Source: Macrostomum hystrix (lineage: Eukaryota > Animalia > Platyhelminthes). Taken from it: a stretch of 64,000 nt of DNA. The translations under genes were made by a program, and so were the position numbers. The notes below the pieces were generated by a model. That model had not been told where the DNA came from, ran no database searches, and was given only the letters and a program-made list of their open reading frames with translations. Of the stretch, positions 49,075-60,346 are shown in pieces. The stretch is taken from NCBI GenBank assembly GCA_950097015.1, contig CATNEN010000038.1, forward strand, positions 24,738,001 to 24,802,000, read 5' to 3'. Positions within the stretch are counted from its first letter, which is position 1; each line of letters starts with the position of its first letter.

Positions 49075-49765
49075 GAAACCTTTCCTGCGTTTGACCACCT
49101 CATTGGATGACAGAATGCACCAACCCGAACTCCGACGAAATTGCCATGCAAACTGTATCGTTAGGACCCTCTGGGTTGTCACCGTGCGCTTCACTGGGTG
49201 TCCACAAGCCGACCTGCCCTGCGACCTCCGGGTTCACAATTTAAAACCGGTGTCATCTAAGTAGACAGTGTGAACTCCTGGAGCTAAGTGGAGCATGAAG
49301 TTAGCGTACTCGCTTCTGGCGTCCAGGCTTTCAACTCGGTTTGTGTTTAGGCGCACATCCGTCACCTTGGTCGCAAGTTTAACCGTAATGAGAAAACTAT
49401 TCATTGTTCGATCATATGTTTTAAGGCTCACCTGTGGCTTGTCAGGAAAGCGTCCGGCTTGTCATCAGCTTCTCAGCCATTGACTTTAGCGTTCGAAAGG
49501 GATTTTGCTGAACCTCATGTTGTAAAAAATCTTGCATCTCTGCGCCAACTTTGCAGCTTGCTTCCTTGCATCCTCCACGAGGCAAAGCTTCCAACCTGCT
49601 GCAGCTTGTTCGAATGTTGACCGAATGCGCTGAACAGAAGTTTTGGATACTCCGAACAAGACTGGCACATCCTTCATCGACAGTCCACGGTGCAAGGCGG
49701 CGACGATGCGCTGTCTGTTGCGTACAGAAATTTGGGGCGCAATTATTGATTAACTGTTCAACAGA
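49075..49765 (-). pseudogene. Tc1/IS630-like relic, duplicate
   Basis: Copy of 37300-37990. Confidence 0.65.
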
Positions 49766-49839
49766 AAGAAAATGAAAGCGCCTTGTTGTCCCTGCGAAAA
49801 ACTAACATCGTTTCTTCTATTCTGGCTCATCGTTCTATC

Positions 49840-50418
49840 GGATAGAATGACGCAGATACAAGAATAGAACGACGCAGATACTAGGATAGAATGGCGTATA
49901 GATACTAGAATAGAATGACGTATAGATACTAGAATAGAAGGACGTATAGATACTAGGATAGACTGACGTATAGATACTAGAATAGAACGACGCAGATACT
50001 AGAATAGAATGACGCAGAGACTAGAATAGAATGACGTATAGATACTAGAATAGAATGACGCAGAGACTAGAATAGAATGACGCAGTTACTAGGATAGAAT
50101 GACGCAGAGACTAGAATAGAATGACGCAGAGACTAGAATAGAATGACGCAGAGACTAGAATAGAATGACGCAGAGACTAGAATAGAATGACGCAGAGACT
50201 AGAATAGAATGACGTATAGATACTAGGATAGAATGGCGTATAGATACTAGGATACGAGTATACTAGGATCGTAGAATGACGTATAGATACTATAATAGAA
50301 TGACGTATAGATACTATAATAGAATGATGTATAGATACTAGAATAGAATGACGTATAGATACTAGGATAGACTGACGTATAGATACTAGGATAGAATGAC
50401 GCAGATAGAAGAATAGAG
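49840..50418. repeat. 24-mer minisatellite, shorter paralog of 38065-38965
   Basis: Same unit, ~580 bp, with a different order of variants. Confidence 0.95.
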
Positions 50419-51286
50419 TGGTCTTAATTCCAAATATTTTGCTTGCACAGTGACAATACATACGCTAAGATTTGACCAATACATGGCAATAGGGCATTAC
50501 CAGACAGCAGCAGTCACATTTATTACAGGTCTTAAAGGTATTAACCATTGGGAAAGTTTAGTAATAATGTCAGGAAAAATTGCTGATTTTCTGTAAGGCG
50601 ATTTCGCCCTGCACTCTACCAGAAAATAAACGGTAGGAAAGCATAAATAGTGAAAATTACTCTATTTTGCCTACTTGGCCCATGCATTAATGCAACGAAT
50701 ATTCCAGAACCACAGGAAATTGTAAGTCCAACATTAACGTTTTCTAGGCTTGATAGAACACATGAGATGATCTAGAATTTCAGCGTGAGTAAGGAAATTT
50801 CCAAGCAGTAGCAGCAATACTCAAGGACTACTCAAATGTATGATGGAGCACATTTTAACCTTAGTGCAAAACAGGCCTTAAAGTGACAGCAGTTAGCGAC
50901 ATTGTACAACTGACAGACAGTTTTTTCCACTGGTGTACTTAAATGGAAAATCGAAAGCCTTTAAATTAGGCGCTTCTTTGCTTTAGAAATAGCCGAAAGT
51001 CAAAGTAGTTGTTTAAAAGCTGTCATTGTAAACACTCGCACACGACAATGGAGTTCCGTGGCTTCAAAAACGAAGGTATTTGCAATCATTTTCCTATATT
51101 TAACGGTTGTACAACAATTGTCTGAGAAGGCTGCAAAACCTTGGATTCTACTCAATCATAGCGGCCTTTTTACATTTTCTGTGCATTTTCGTCACTACAC
51201 AAGGACTAGCGCTTCGGATTTCATTCCCATGCTAGACAAAAGTGAGCAGGTGATAGAATGCAGACGTTATAATACGCCATGGCTCA

Positions 51287-51590
51287 GCGATTCCGACAGC
51301 AGTTCTTACTGCGATTCCGACTGCATTTCTTACTGCGATTCCGACTGCATTTCTTGCTGCGATTCCGACTGCATTTCTTACTGCTATTCCGACTGCATTT
51401 CTTACTGCTATTCCGACTGCGGTTCTAACAGCGATTCCGACTGCAGTTCTTACTGCAATTCCGACTGCAGTTCTTGCTGCGATTCCAACTGCAGTTCTTG
51501 CTGCGATTCCGACCGCATTTCTTACTGCGATTCCGACTGCAGTTCTTGCTGCGATTCCGACTATAATTTTTAGTACGATTCAGACCGCAA
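51287..51590. repeat. 24-mer minisatellite (gcgattccgactgcagttcttact)
   Basis: About 12 tandem units. Confidence 0.92.
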
Positions 51591-52427
51591 TTAATTTTAA
51601 TCCCAGTATGATTCTTATGACAGAAACCCGAGTGATAGAAAACAGCGTCACTGAGTTATAATTTTCTGCAATAGTTAATAAAGCTTAAAGAATTATCGGG
51701 TCGTATTGAAAGCGAGACAGTTAAAGCAAGTTCAAAGCCCAGAAGCCACAGTAATGGCCTAAAAAGCAAACGTCAAGAAATGATTAAGGGCAAAATTTCA
51801 ATTCAAAGAAAGTGAAGTCACAGAGGCCTTAAAAATTCACCCGAAAATCTACGAAGAACTGCTCAGAAAAGTGAGGAATGAATCGTTTGAAAGCGCGAAG
51901 GACACGTCACCTTGAATGATGGCTGCAAGCCAGTTAACTAAGGACAGCCTAATGATTCTAATGGGATTCAACCAACGGAAGACTCGAATCTTGAAACTGA
52001 TTTTCTTTAATTAGCAAAATTGTGCGTGTAATTTTGCTAATGGAATTTTAAGTCAAAGTCGAGGAATTTAACGAAAAATACTCCTAGTTTCGTTTACTCT
52101 AAACATCTAAATATGCCCGTACGAGTATAAGTCCGTTGATCTTTCTGTAAAATGAAGGAATAAATTAAACAAAACAATGTTTAGCTAGTCTGAAAACTGG
52201 ATGTTAAACGTAAAAATAAGCATGGTATATATGTAATTGACATACAAGCACATCAAAAATGCTTAATAAAACACTATATTGTATTGATTAAACATTTGTA
52301 ATAAAATTTTGCCAACATTTTCCCACACATACATACAAAGTTAACAAGCATGAAACGCGAGATATTAAATACCTATATACAATGCAAAATTTGTGAAAAA
52401 TAATAAATAAAAACTCTGACCCAACGG

Positions 52428-53238
52428 CACAATAGACACTGTTCTCAGACAAAAAAGACTGTCTAAGACACAATAGACAGTGTCTCAGACACAATAGACA
52501 GTGTCTCAAACACAATAGACAGTGTCGCAAACACAATAGACAGTGTCTCAGACACAATAGACAGTGTCTCAAACACAATAGACAGTGTCTCAAACACAAT
52601 AGACAGTGTCTCAGACACAATAGACAGTGTCTCAAACACAATAGACAGTGTCTCAGACACAATAGACAGTGTCTCAAACACAATAGACAGTGTCTCAGAC
52701 ACAATAGACAGTGTCTCAAACACAATAGACAGTGTCTCAAACACAATAGACAGTGTCGCAAACACAATAGACAGTGTCTCAGACACAATAGACAGTGTCT
52801 CAGACACAATAGACAGTGTCTCAGACACAATAGACAGTGTCTCAGACACAATAGACAGTGTCTCAAACACAATAGACAGCGTCTCAGACACAATAGACAG
52901 TGTCTCAGACACAATAGACAGTGTCTCAGACACAATAGACAGTGTCTCAGACACAATAGACAGTGTCTCAAACACAATAGACAGTGTCTCAGACACAATA
53001 GATAGTGTCTCAGACACAATAGACAGTGTCTCAAACACAATAGACAGTGTCTCAGACACAATAGAAAGTGTCTCAAACACAATAGACAGTGTCTCAGACA
53101 CAATAGACAGTGTCTCAGACACAATAGACAGTGTCTCAGACACAATAGACAGTGTCTCAAACACAATAGACAGTGTCTCAGACACAATAGACAGTGTCTC
53201 AGACACAATAGACAGTGTCTCGGACACAATATACTGTG
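52428..53238. repeat. 21-mer minisatellite (gacacaatagacagtgtctca)
   Basis: About 37 homogeneous units with an internal inverted repeat AGACAC...GTGTCT. Confidence 0.96.
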
Positions 53239-53328
53239 TATAGTAAAGATATAACAAGACAGTTTATTAAATTAACAAAAAAAATTGCAAAGAGCATAAA
53301 AAGTCTTATAATTTTGAGTAGTAAAAAC

Positions 53329-56300
53329 TCAGCAATTTTCATTGCTTCGCTTGAAGAATTCGGTCACAAGTCGGCACTTGACGACCTTTGTATTTTCCTT
53401 ACTTTTGCTATTCTTATTTGTCGACTTGGTCAGTTTGACTGTACCGCCGGATCGATTTGGCTCGTCCGATTTTCTTTTCCTACTATTAGTAGTAGCAGCA
53501 GCAGCTGAAGTGTCACTACTTGACTTCTTACGTCGATGCTGTTTATTATCGTGCAAATCGTCCGGCAGAGATTGTCGTCGCTCGTGGGTGGACTTTGATT
53601 CGGTTTGTATCGCTGTCTCATTGGCAGACGATGCACCAAAGCCGTACCTGGCTATTCGACCATTTGGTCTAGCTCGAGGACAGTTTTGTTCAATTGAACT
53701 GGCCACTGTCGATGTTAGAGTTGGCGAAGCTGGCACCACGGGTGACAGATGATTGGTCCGGTGCTCCGGGTTGGACCACAGCGGCGGAGGTGCCAGTACT
53801 GGCGTTCTGCAAAGTGTGGGCCGGCGGTCAAGAATGGTAGAAGAATATTAGGATTTTGGGAGTTTTGTATATATTTCTAAGAATATGGAACTGTTGGGAG
53901 TTAAATTTAAGGATCTGGAACTGTTGGGAGTTAAATTTGAGGATCTGGAACTTTTGGGATTCGAATTTGAGGATCTGGAACTGTTGGGAGACGAATTTGA
54001 TGATTTGGAACTGTTGGGAGTTAAATTTAAGGATCTGGAACTGTTGGGAGTCGAATTTGAGGATCTGGAACTGCTGGGAGTTAAATTTAAGGATCTGGAA
54101 CTGTTGGGAGTTAAATTTGAGGATCTGGAACTGTTGGGAGTTAAATTTGAGGATCTGGAACTGTCGGGAGTCGAATTTGAGAATCTGGAACTGCTGGGAG
54201 TCAAATTTGAGGCTTGGGGAAGCTAAGGTGCTAAATTTGAGGATCTGGTAAAAAATGCTTCTCAATTATCAGACTGCCAACCGATGCAAAGTTCGGTTCG
54301 AGGCTGCAGCAATGTCATCTATGCTGGCAGTATCGCCAACCGCGGCAGTCATGCGGTGTCGCCTTGACGGTGTCGGCGTTTTCGGAGATATCGGCGAAGC
54401 GGCGGCGGGGCTGCGAAACATGTCCGCTAAACCTGCCGCCGCGTAGCCCCGCCTTGGCGTAGCAACGGTTGCTGTGGCCGGATTTCGCATTGGCGGCCTG
54501 ACGCTGCTGGAGGAGGAGTCGCGGGGAAGACAGCCGCAGCAGATGCTATCGACGCAGCAAATCACAGTGTTGCGGCCTTTCAAAACCAAGTGAGCATTCG
54601 AACCCATGCTGCAATTCTCATTGTTGGTTTTTACAACGGCTGCGATGGTAGATAGCGCTTGGCGAACCTGAAAAAATGGTCGATTAACAACATACTTTAG
54701 TAGTGAAAAGTAGCGAATGCTCAAGTTTTCTAGTGTCTAATCCAACAAGCTTTGAGTATGTGATGAGGCTAATCCTAAAACTTTTTAGTCTGAGAAGGCG
54801 CTAATCCTATAATCCTTTAGTCTGAAAAGGCGCTAATCCTATAATCCTCTAGTCTAAGAAGACGCTAATCCTGTAATCCTCTAGTCTGAGAGGACGATAA
54901 TCCTGTAATCCTAAAGCCTAAGAAGAGGCTAATCCTGTAATCCCCCAGTCTGAGAAGACGCTAATCCTATAATCCACTAGTCTGAGAGGACGATAATCCT
55001 GTAATCCTTTAGTCTTACAAGACGCTAATCCTATAATCCTCTAGTCTGAGAAGACGCTAATCCTATAATCCTCCGGTCTGAGAGGACGATAATCCTATAA
55101 TCCTCTAGTCTAAGAAGACGCTTTAATCCTCTAGTCTGAGAAGAGGCTAATCCTATAATTCTTGTGCGTGAGAAGCCGCAGAACTATTAGCTCCACAAAC
55201 AAAAAAAAATTTATCATTCCTTAAAATACAAAATTCAGTCCAACCAATCACGCGCGTCGCGCTACCTCACTAGACGGGAATCTGCCGCTAGAATCCTTGG
55301 CCAGTAGGCTAGCAACCAGCTTAGCAACGGAATCAACAGTATCAGTAGAGTCGCTATCCAAGGCGTTGCACAATCTGCCGAAGGTTTTGACAAGCTCTCC
55401 GAGAGCTTCTCCGTGACCGTGAAGCGGGTCGGATGCGTCTGGGGCGTAGCCGGAACCGCCGAGCTTGACGCGCGACACAAAGCCTTGCGCTATCTGTATA
55501 CCGGATGACACGGAAGAAACCCGTGAAATGGGAAAATCTGAGTCTTTGTTAACTCGAAATGATACGATAGCTCTCCAATCGAATGACCGCTATGCGTAAA
55601 AGTCCACCAAATGGATTGCATTTTTTTCGGCCCTTTACGATGCAAGAAACTTTCAACGCCGTCCGACGTCAGCATCGTCGAGATATTCAGCGATTTTGTG
55701 ATCAGAATAGTTCTTCTAGCTCGTATATTGTTGGTTTTGCCACATTTTGTCTAGACTTTAGCCTTTGTTCTGCATTTTGATGCGATTAGTTGAATGTTTT
55801 GAGCGATATAGAAAGATAAAAATAAGTTTATTTGAAACACCCCTTGGTTTTTTACTGATAAGACATTGTGAATTTTTTGTATCCTGGTTTTCATACTTTA
55901 GGTGAGTTGATTAGATTTCAGATTTGTTCGCAATTATTACTTTAAAGTAGTATAATATGTAGCAAATTACGATATGATTTTAAGTAGACAATCTTTGGTT
56001 GTTTAGATTTCAGCTGTTTGAAAAGCTCATATTAGTATAAAGTTTCGTGTTTTAAAAAATTTAAAGCCTTAAACATACTCTTAACAGTAGAACGGTCGAA
56101 GTGTAACATAAATCCCACAACTTCCAGAGTTACAAAACATCGGCATCGTCAAACTGTTCATGAACCTTGTCAAGGTGCCTGGTGGAAAAAAACAAACAAT
56201 ATAGGCATTATCTTTCTGCTCAGTCATTTTATCAGGTAATGTTCGATATAGAGGCTCAGAGCCATGTTACTTGACCTTGTCTCCAGGGTCTTCAACAAGT

Positions 56301-57997
56301 ATCAGGTGTCGCTGAATATCTCGACGATGTTGACGTCGGACGGCTTTGAAAGTTTCTTCCATTGTAAAGGGCGGAAAATCGGTCCTCCGGTTTTTGGAGC
56401 GATCGTGAAGTAGGCAGTGGGTATTTAAAATACCAAGCGGTATTTCCCCATGGGGAAAAGAAGTGCAGTATTTCTACTGTTAAAGAATCCTCGTAGAAAA
56501 ATATTTTAAAATGTTAGACATCCATCGGGCCAACAGGCGGCCAGACCTGCAGCGGGGACAATCCCTTGGCCTGTCCCTGACGTCTCAGTTCGGTGAAGGC
56601 CGAGTGACTCAAGCCGCGCGAAGGCGCGTTGAAGACTCGCGCGAAGGCGGCCACATTGCGGCAGTTCAATGCGGCACACATGTAGTCGTACATAGCCGAC
56701 AGGGCTGGCGAATTCGACGACACATCGGCGTCAAACATTGGCGTTTCAAACTGACGCTTGAGCAGTTGCTCAGATGTGATCGGCGATTGCTCGTCGGTGC
56801 TCAAATAATCAATTAGTGTGACATTGGGCAGCTTATTTAAGCTGAACAGAATCCACAGGTCTGGTTTAGTAAGCACCATCCACTGGCTAGGTAGGATGCG
56901 ATATTCGCGCATCGTCTGCTCTCGGCTAGTATAACACTCTGACAGCATGAGATTTTCAAACACTCGGCGATAATCTAGTAGGCGGCTTTCATTCAGGGAG
57001 CGACAGAATATTTCTCGCTCGGCACGATGTATTCTGTCAAAAACGAATAATGGAATGATTACAGCCCTCCTTCAAACATACTATTTGCGGTACGGAAGCC
57101 TATAACTAGTCTAATGATTGATTTTTTGTGGTTTCTCGGCACAGATATTTTTATTCGTTAGATGAATAATTAAAATAATTACAGCAGGGCTGCAGGCTGT
57201 TTTGCCCATTCCACTGACTTCTGCGGATGTGTACACCTGCCGAATTTCTCATCGTCAGGCAGTGTGCCTTGCAGGTTGGCCCTCAAAGAGGCAACTTTCA
57301 CAACAAGCCTCCCAAGCCATTCCACCGCAGCTGCACCCCAATGAATGTGGCCTTGACGCGGAATCGAGCTCAGGGACCTTGGTGCGAGAGGCAAGCGCTG
57401 TCTGCCACTCATCCTCTATTCCTATCCCTTGAACTCTATCCCTGAATTCCGTTACTTCCTACTCGTTAACTTACTTTCAGTGACCGTTGATTTAATTCCG
57501 AATTTCTCTAGTTTTTGAGATACTTGTTATCTTGTTCTGACAGACTTTTGCTTTCTTTTTTAATTCGTTATTTTAGATGCTCGTTAACTTTCTGTCAGTG
57601 ATCGTTACTTTTGCCCTCCCTTTACTTAGATCGCGATGTACCTTTTATGACGACTTAGAACGCCCTATTTTAATTACTAACAAATTCAATTTGCTTTATA
57701 TGCCCAGTCTCACCTAGACACTTCGGAATCCTCATTTTCATCAGTAAAGCTATAATAAGCTGAGAGGAAATCCTCTCCATCTTCAATGCCAGCCAGTAGG
57801 TCGGCCAACTCTAGCTGATCCTGGGTTGTCAGGCAGGTCCAGTTTTTCGAACTAGCAATTGCAACCAATCGATATTGGCGCAATATGTATAGGCGCGGAT
57901 TTAAATTTACTCCGTCAAATACAATTGCGAGTGACTTGGACAATAGTTCGTGTTCTGACACAGCAGACATGTAGTCAGACTGGCTGGGTTCATTCAT
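53329..57997 (-). CDS. PARPBP: PCNA-interacting partner PARI (exons 57714-57997, 56547-57033, 55266-55493, 54282-54667, 53329-53806)
   Basis: RGLSHSAFTELR and FVSRVKLGGSGYAPDASDPL match conserved PARPBP blocks as I recall them. Basic C-terminus with a PIP-like RLVTEFF. All junctions are GT-AG and in phase. Confidence 0.82.
53880..54250. repeat. 30-mer minisatellite (ggatctggaactgttgggagttaaatttga) filling PARPBP intron 4
   Basis: Tandem array. Confidence 0.95.
54765..55160. repeat. 32-mer minisatellite (gctaatcctataatcctctagtctgagaagac) in PARPBP intron 3
   Basis: Tandem array. Confidence 0.93.
57172..57410 (-). mobile_element. SINE family A, diverged and internally shortened copy
   Basis: Head gtggcagacagcgcttgcctctcgcaccaaggtccctgagctcgattccgcg plus the family body. 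A further head fragment lies at ~60205-60262. Confidence 0.7.
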
Positions 57998-60346
57998 TTT
58001 TATATGCTAGGCCTAGTTCGCACTGTTGAAGCTGGAAACAAAATATATAGCCACATGCATATCAAATTTTTGAAGGACAGAGAAACTTTTACTAAAACAT
58101 GCAAAATATGAAAACTAGTAGATGTTACTTAAAACATGAAATGAATAGAGCAGCTAGATAGTAGAAAATGAAAAAATTAATAAGTTGAAACTAATTAACT
58201 TACTAAAAATACTCATAAGACATGTGATCTAAAGTAGCCAGCTATAGGCCTATTTAAGGCTAGAAAAGGACAAGCCAGCAATAAAAAGTATTTTAGATAC
58301 TTTTTATTGATAGCTTAATAGCAAGTTTCTTTTGCATGTAAGATAAGATAAATGTATAAATATTAATTATATACCTAATTGTATAACAAAAACACTTAAG
58401 ACAAAAAGCATAGTAAAAAAACTTTATGAAAGTATAGCTAAATGAATATGCCTTAAAATTTTGTCATCTGGATAAAAAACTTTAACTTAGGTAAAAACTT
58501 ACACTTTAGGTAAGAATGTAAGATAACAAACTCAACTAGTCATTGTCATTGTAAGTAACTAAGTTACCTCTTTCTTTGTGTATCTTAACTATTTATGGAT
58601 ATATCTAGTGGTAGGCCTATAATATATTGTTAGGACTTTTTATACCACAAGCCATTGATAATTGATATTTATTGCTTTGATAATGCTGAGAAATTTAGTA
58701 TAGAACAAAAACTATCATATCAAAATCATATCAAAATTTGCAATAATTTGGCTACACCTATTTAGCTAGAGCCACGACAATTCATCATCTTACACTTTTG
58801 CTATCCACTTTGAAGATAGGCCACTTCATTATCCAATCAATCTTTGTCAGTTTGTCATCCACTAATAACAACCATTGTAGAATCAACTTTACAGATACTG
58901 CAATGTACAAGTTATGTAAAAAATGAGGCCAAACTGTGAGAATATATGGAGCAAGGGTGCAAAAAGGAGGCAGAAGGGAGAGGGAGTAAGAAGTGTTTTT
59001 TTGTGAGTGAGAAAAGAGTCTAAAGTGGAACCTTATTACCAGCTATGCAACACTATGCCGAAAAGTTATTCATTCTTACAAAAAGTGTAACAAAGGCTTA
59101 GCTATCAAACTTAAAAAATGGATTAGCTAACTAGAAATAACACACAAGCATATAAAAAAGCCTAGCACAATAAGCCTAGCACAACCTTAGCATGCGCAAG
59201 CAATTCATTAGCATTGCAATGTATAAGTAAATTATAATTAGGTTACATTTACATCCCATTCGAATGCGCTGATAGTGATGCTATGCTAGTGATGTTAATG
59301 GTACTCAGGCGCTTTAGCGTAGATAGTTTTTTTACTCTGTGCACTACAGGCTAGTCAATTTTGCTAACTGAATAAATACAATCGAACTATTGCAGTGTAA
59401 AGCAATAGTCATCTAACCTTTGCTATAAGTTTAACGTTGACATGGCCGAGTGTAGTGTTGGACGAGACACTTACCAAGAAACGTTGATGCACATGCTAAA
59501 CTTTTAAATATGTTCCCTTTTCAGAAAAGAAACAACAAAATGTTCCGCAGAAGTATTTTAAATCTGCTGGTTTGTATATTTCAATTAAAAAATAATTTTC
59601 TTATTATGTTTTCGTTTACAGAACGGGCTTTTTTTTAAAACTTTTAAGAACTTTTCAGAACAGGTTGTAGCTCAGGAAGGTTGTAGCTCCTAAATTGGTT
59701 GTGCTACGGTGCAAAAGTTTTTAAGTATAATGACCGGTGGCTTTAAAATAGATTTTAAACTTTTAATTATTTTTGCAAGAAGCAGGATGAAACAAACTTA
59801 AACTTTGATCGTGCATGCAATTTGATGAATTTGTCATGTTCCGATCAGTTATAAGATAATTTGAAAACACCAATGAGCTATGTAGTTTTACACTGATCGA
59901 CATAATCAATATAGCGCGGGTGGATGCACTCTTGAATTGAATGTGTAAATAACAACTTTGATAAATTATGTTATGGTCTTGATTTGAAGATTTAATAATA
60001 GTATTATACAAGTATATCTGCTGGACTGCCTTTTGGGTATAGGTATTTCTGCCCAAATTTTCGCTGAATCTTAGAGCACACTCGCACACGGATATAGTAC
60101 GCAGTCACACATCACACAGGGCTAGGGGTTGTGTGTATCTGACCTGATTTTCTCAAACGTCAAGTATACCATAACCTCAAGAGCATGATTTAGTCCAACC
60201 AATCACGGAATCTACTCTAAGGGACCTTGGTGCAAGAGGCCTTTACACCGATCTGCCACTCACCCACAAAATTCAAGAAATAGCGAGGAGAAATGATTCA
60301 CTGTTTATTTAAAAATCAAGAGAAAATGTGCAGTCTGCTTTATATT

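Larger units (their letters stand above)
39340..50768. repeat. Tandem segmental duplication, unit 2
   Basis: Colinear with 28038-39339 apart from a few indels. Confidence 0.96.

Noticed and set aside
28038-50768. The whole 11.3 kb unit as a giant recombinase-led cargo transposon (Starship-like) carrying the GPCR
   Set aside because: The recombinase element's own ends are fixed at 28738/30609 by the mini derivative. The duplication breakpoint lies inside a host exon, has only 2 bp microhomology and carries no att-like motif.
51058-51573. Cys/Asp/Ser-rich metallothionein-like ORF
   Set aside because: GTG start; the Cys-rich part is just the translation of a 24-mer minisatellite, with no splice or homology support.
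52288-54265. Long repetitive ORFs (CLRHCLL, SETLSIV, QQFQILKFNS)
   Set aside because: Translations of the 21-mer and 30-mer arrays; the 30-mer lies within a well-defined PARPBP intron.
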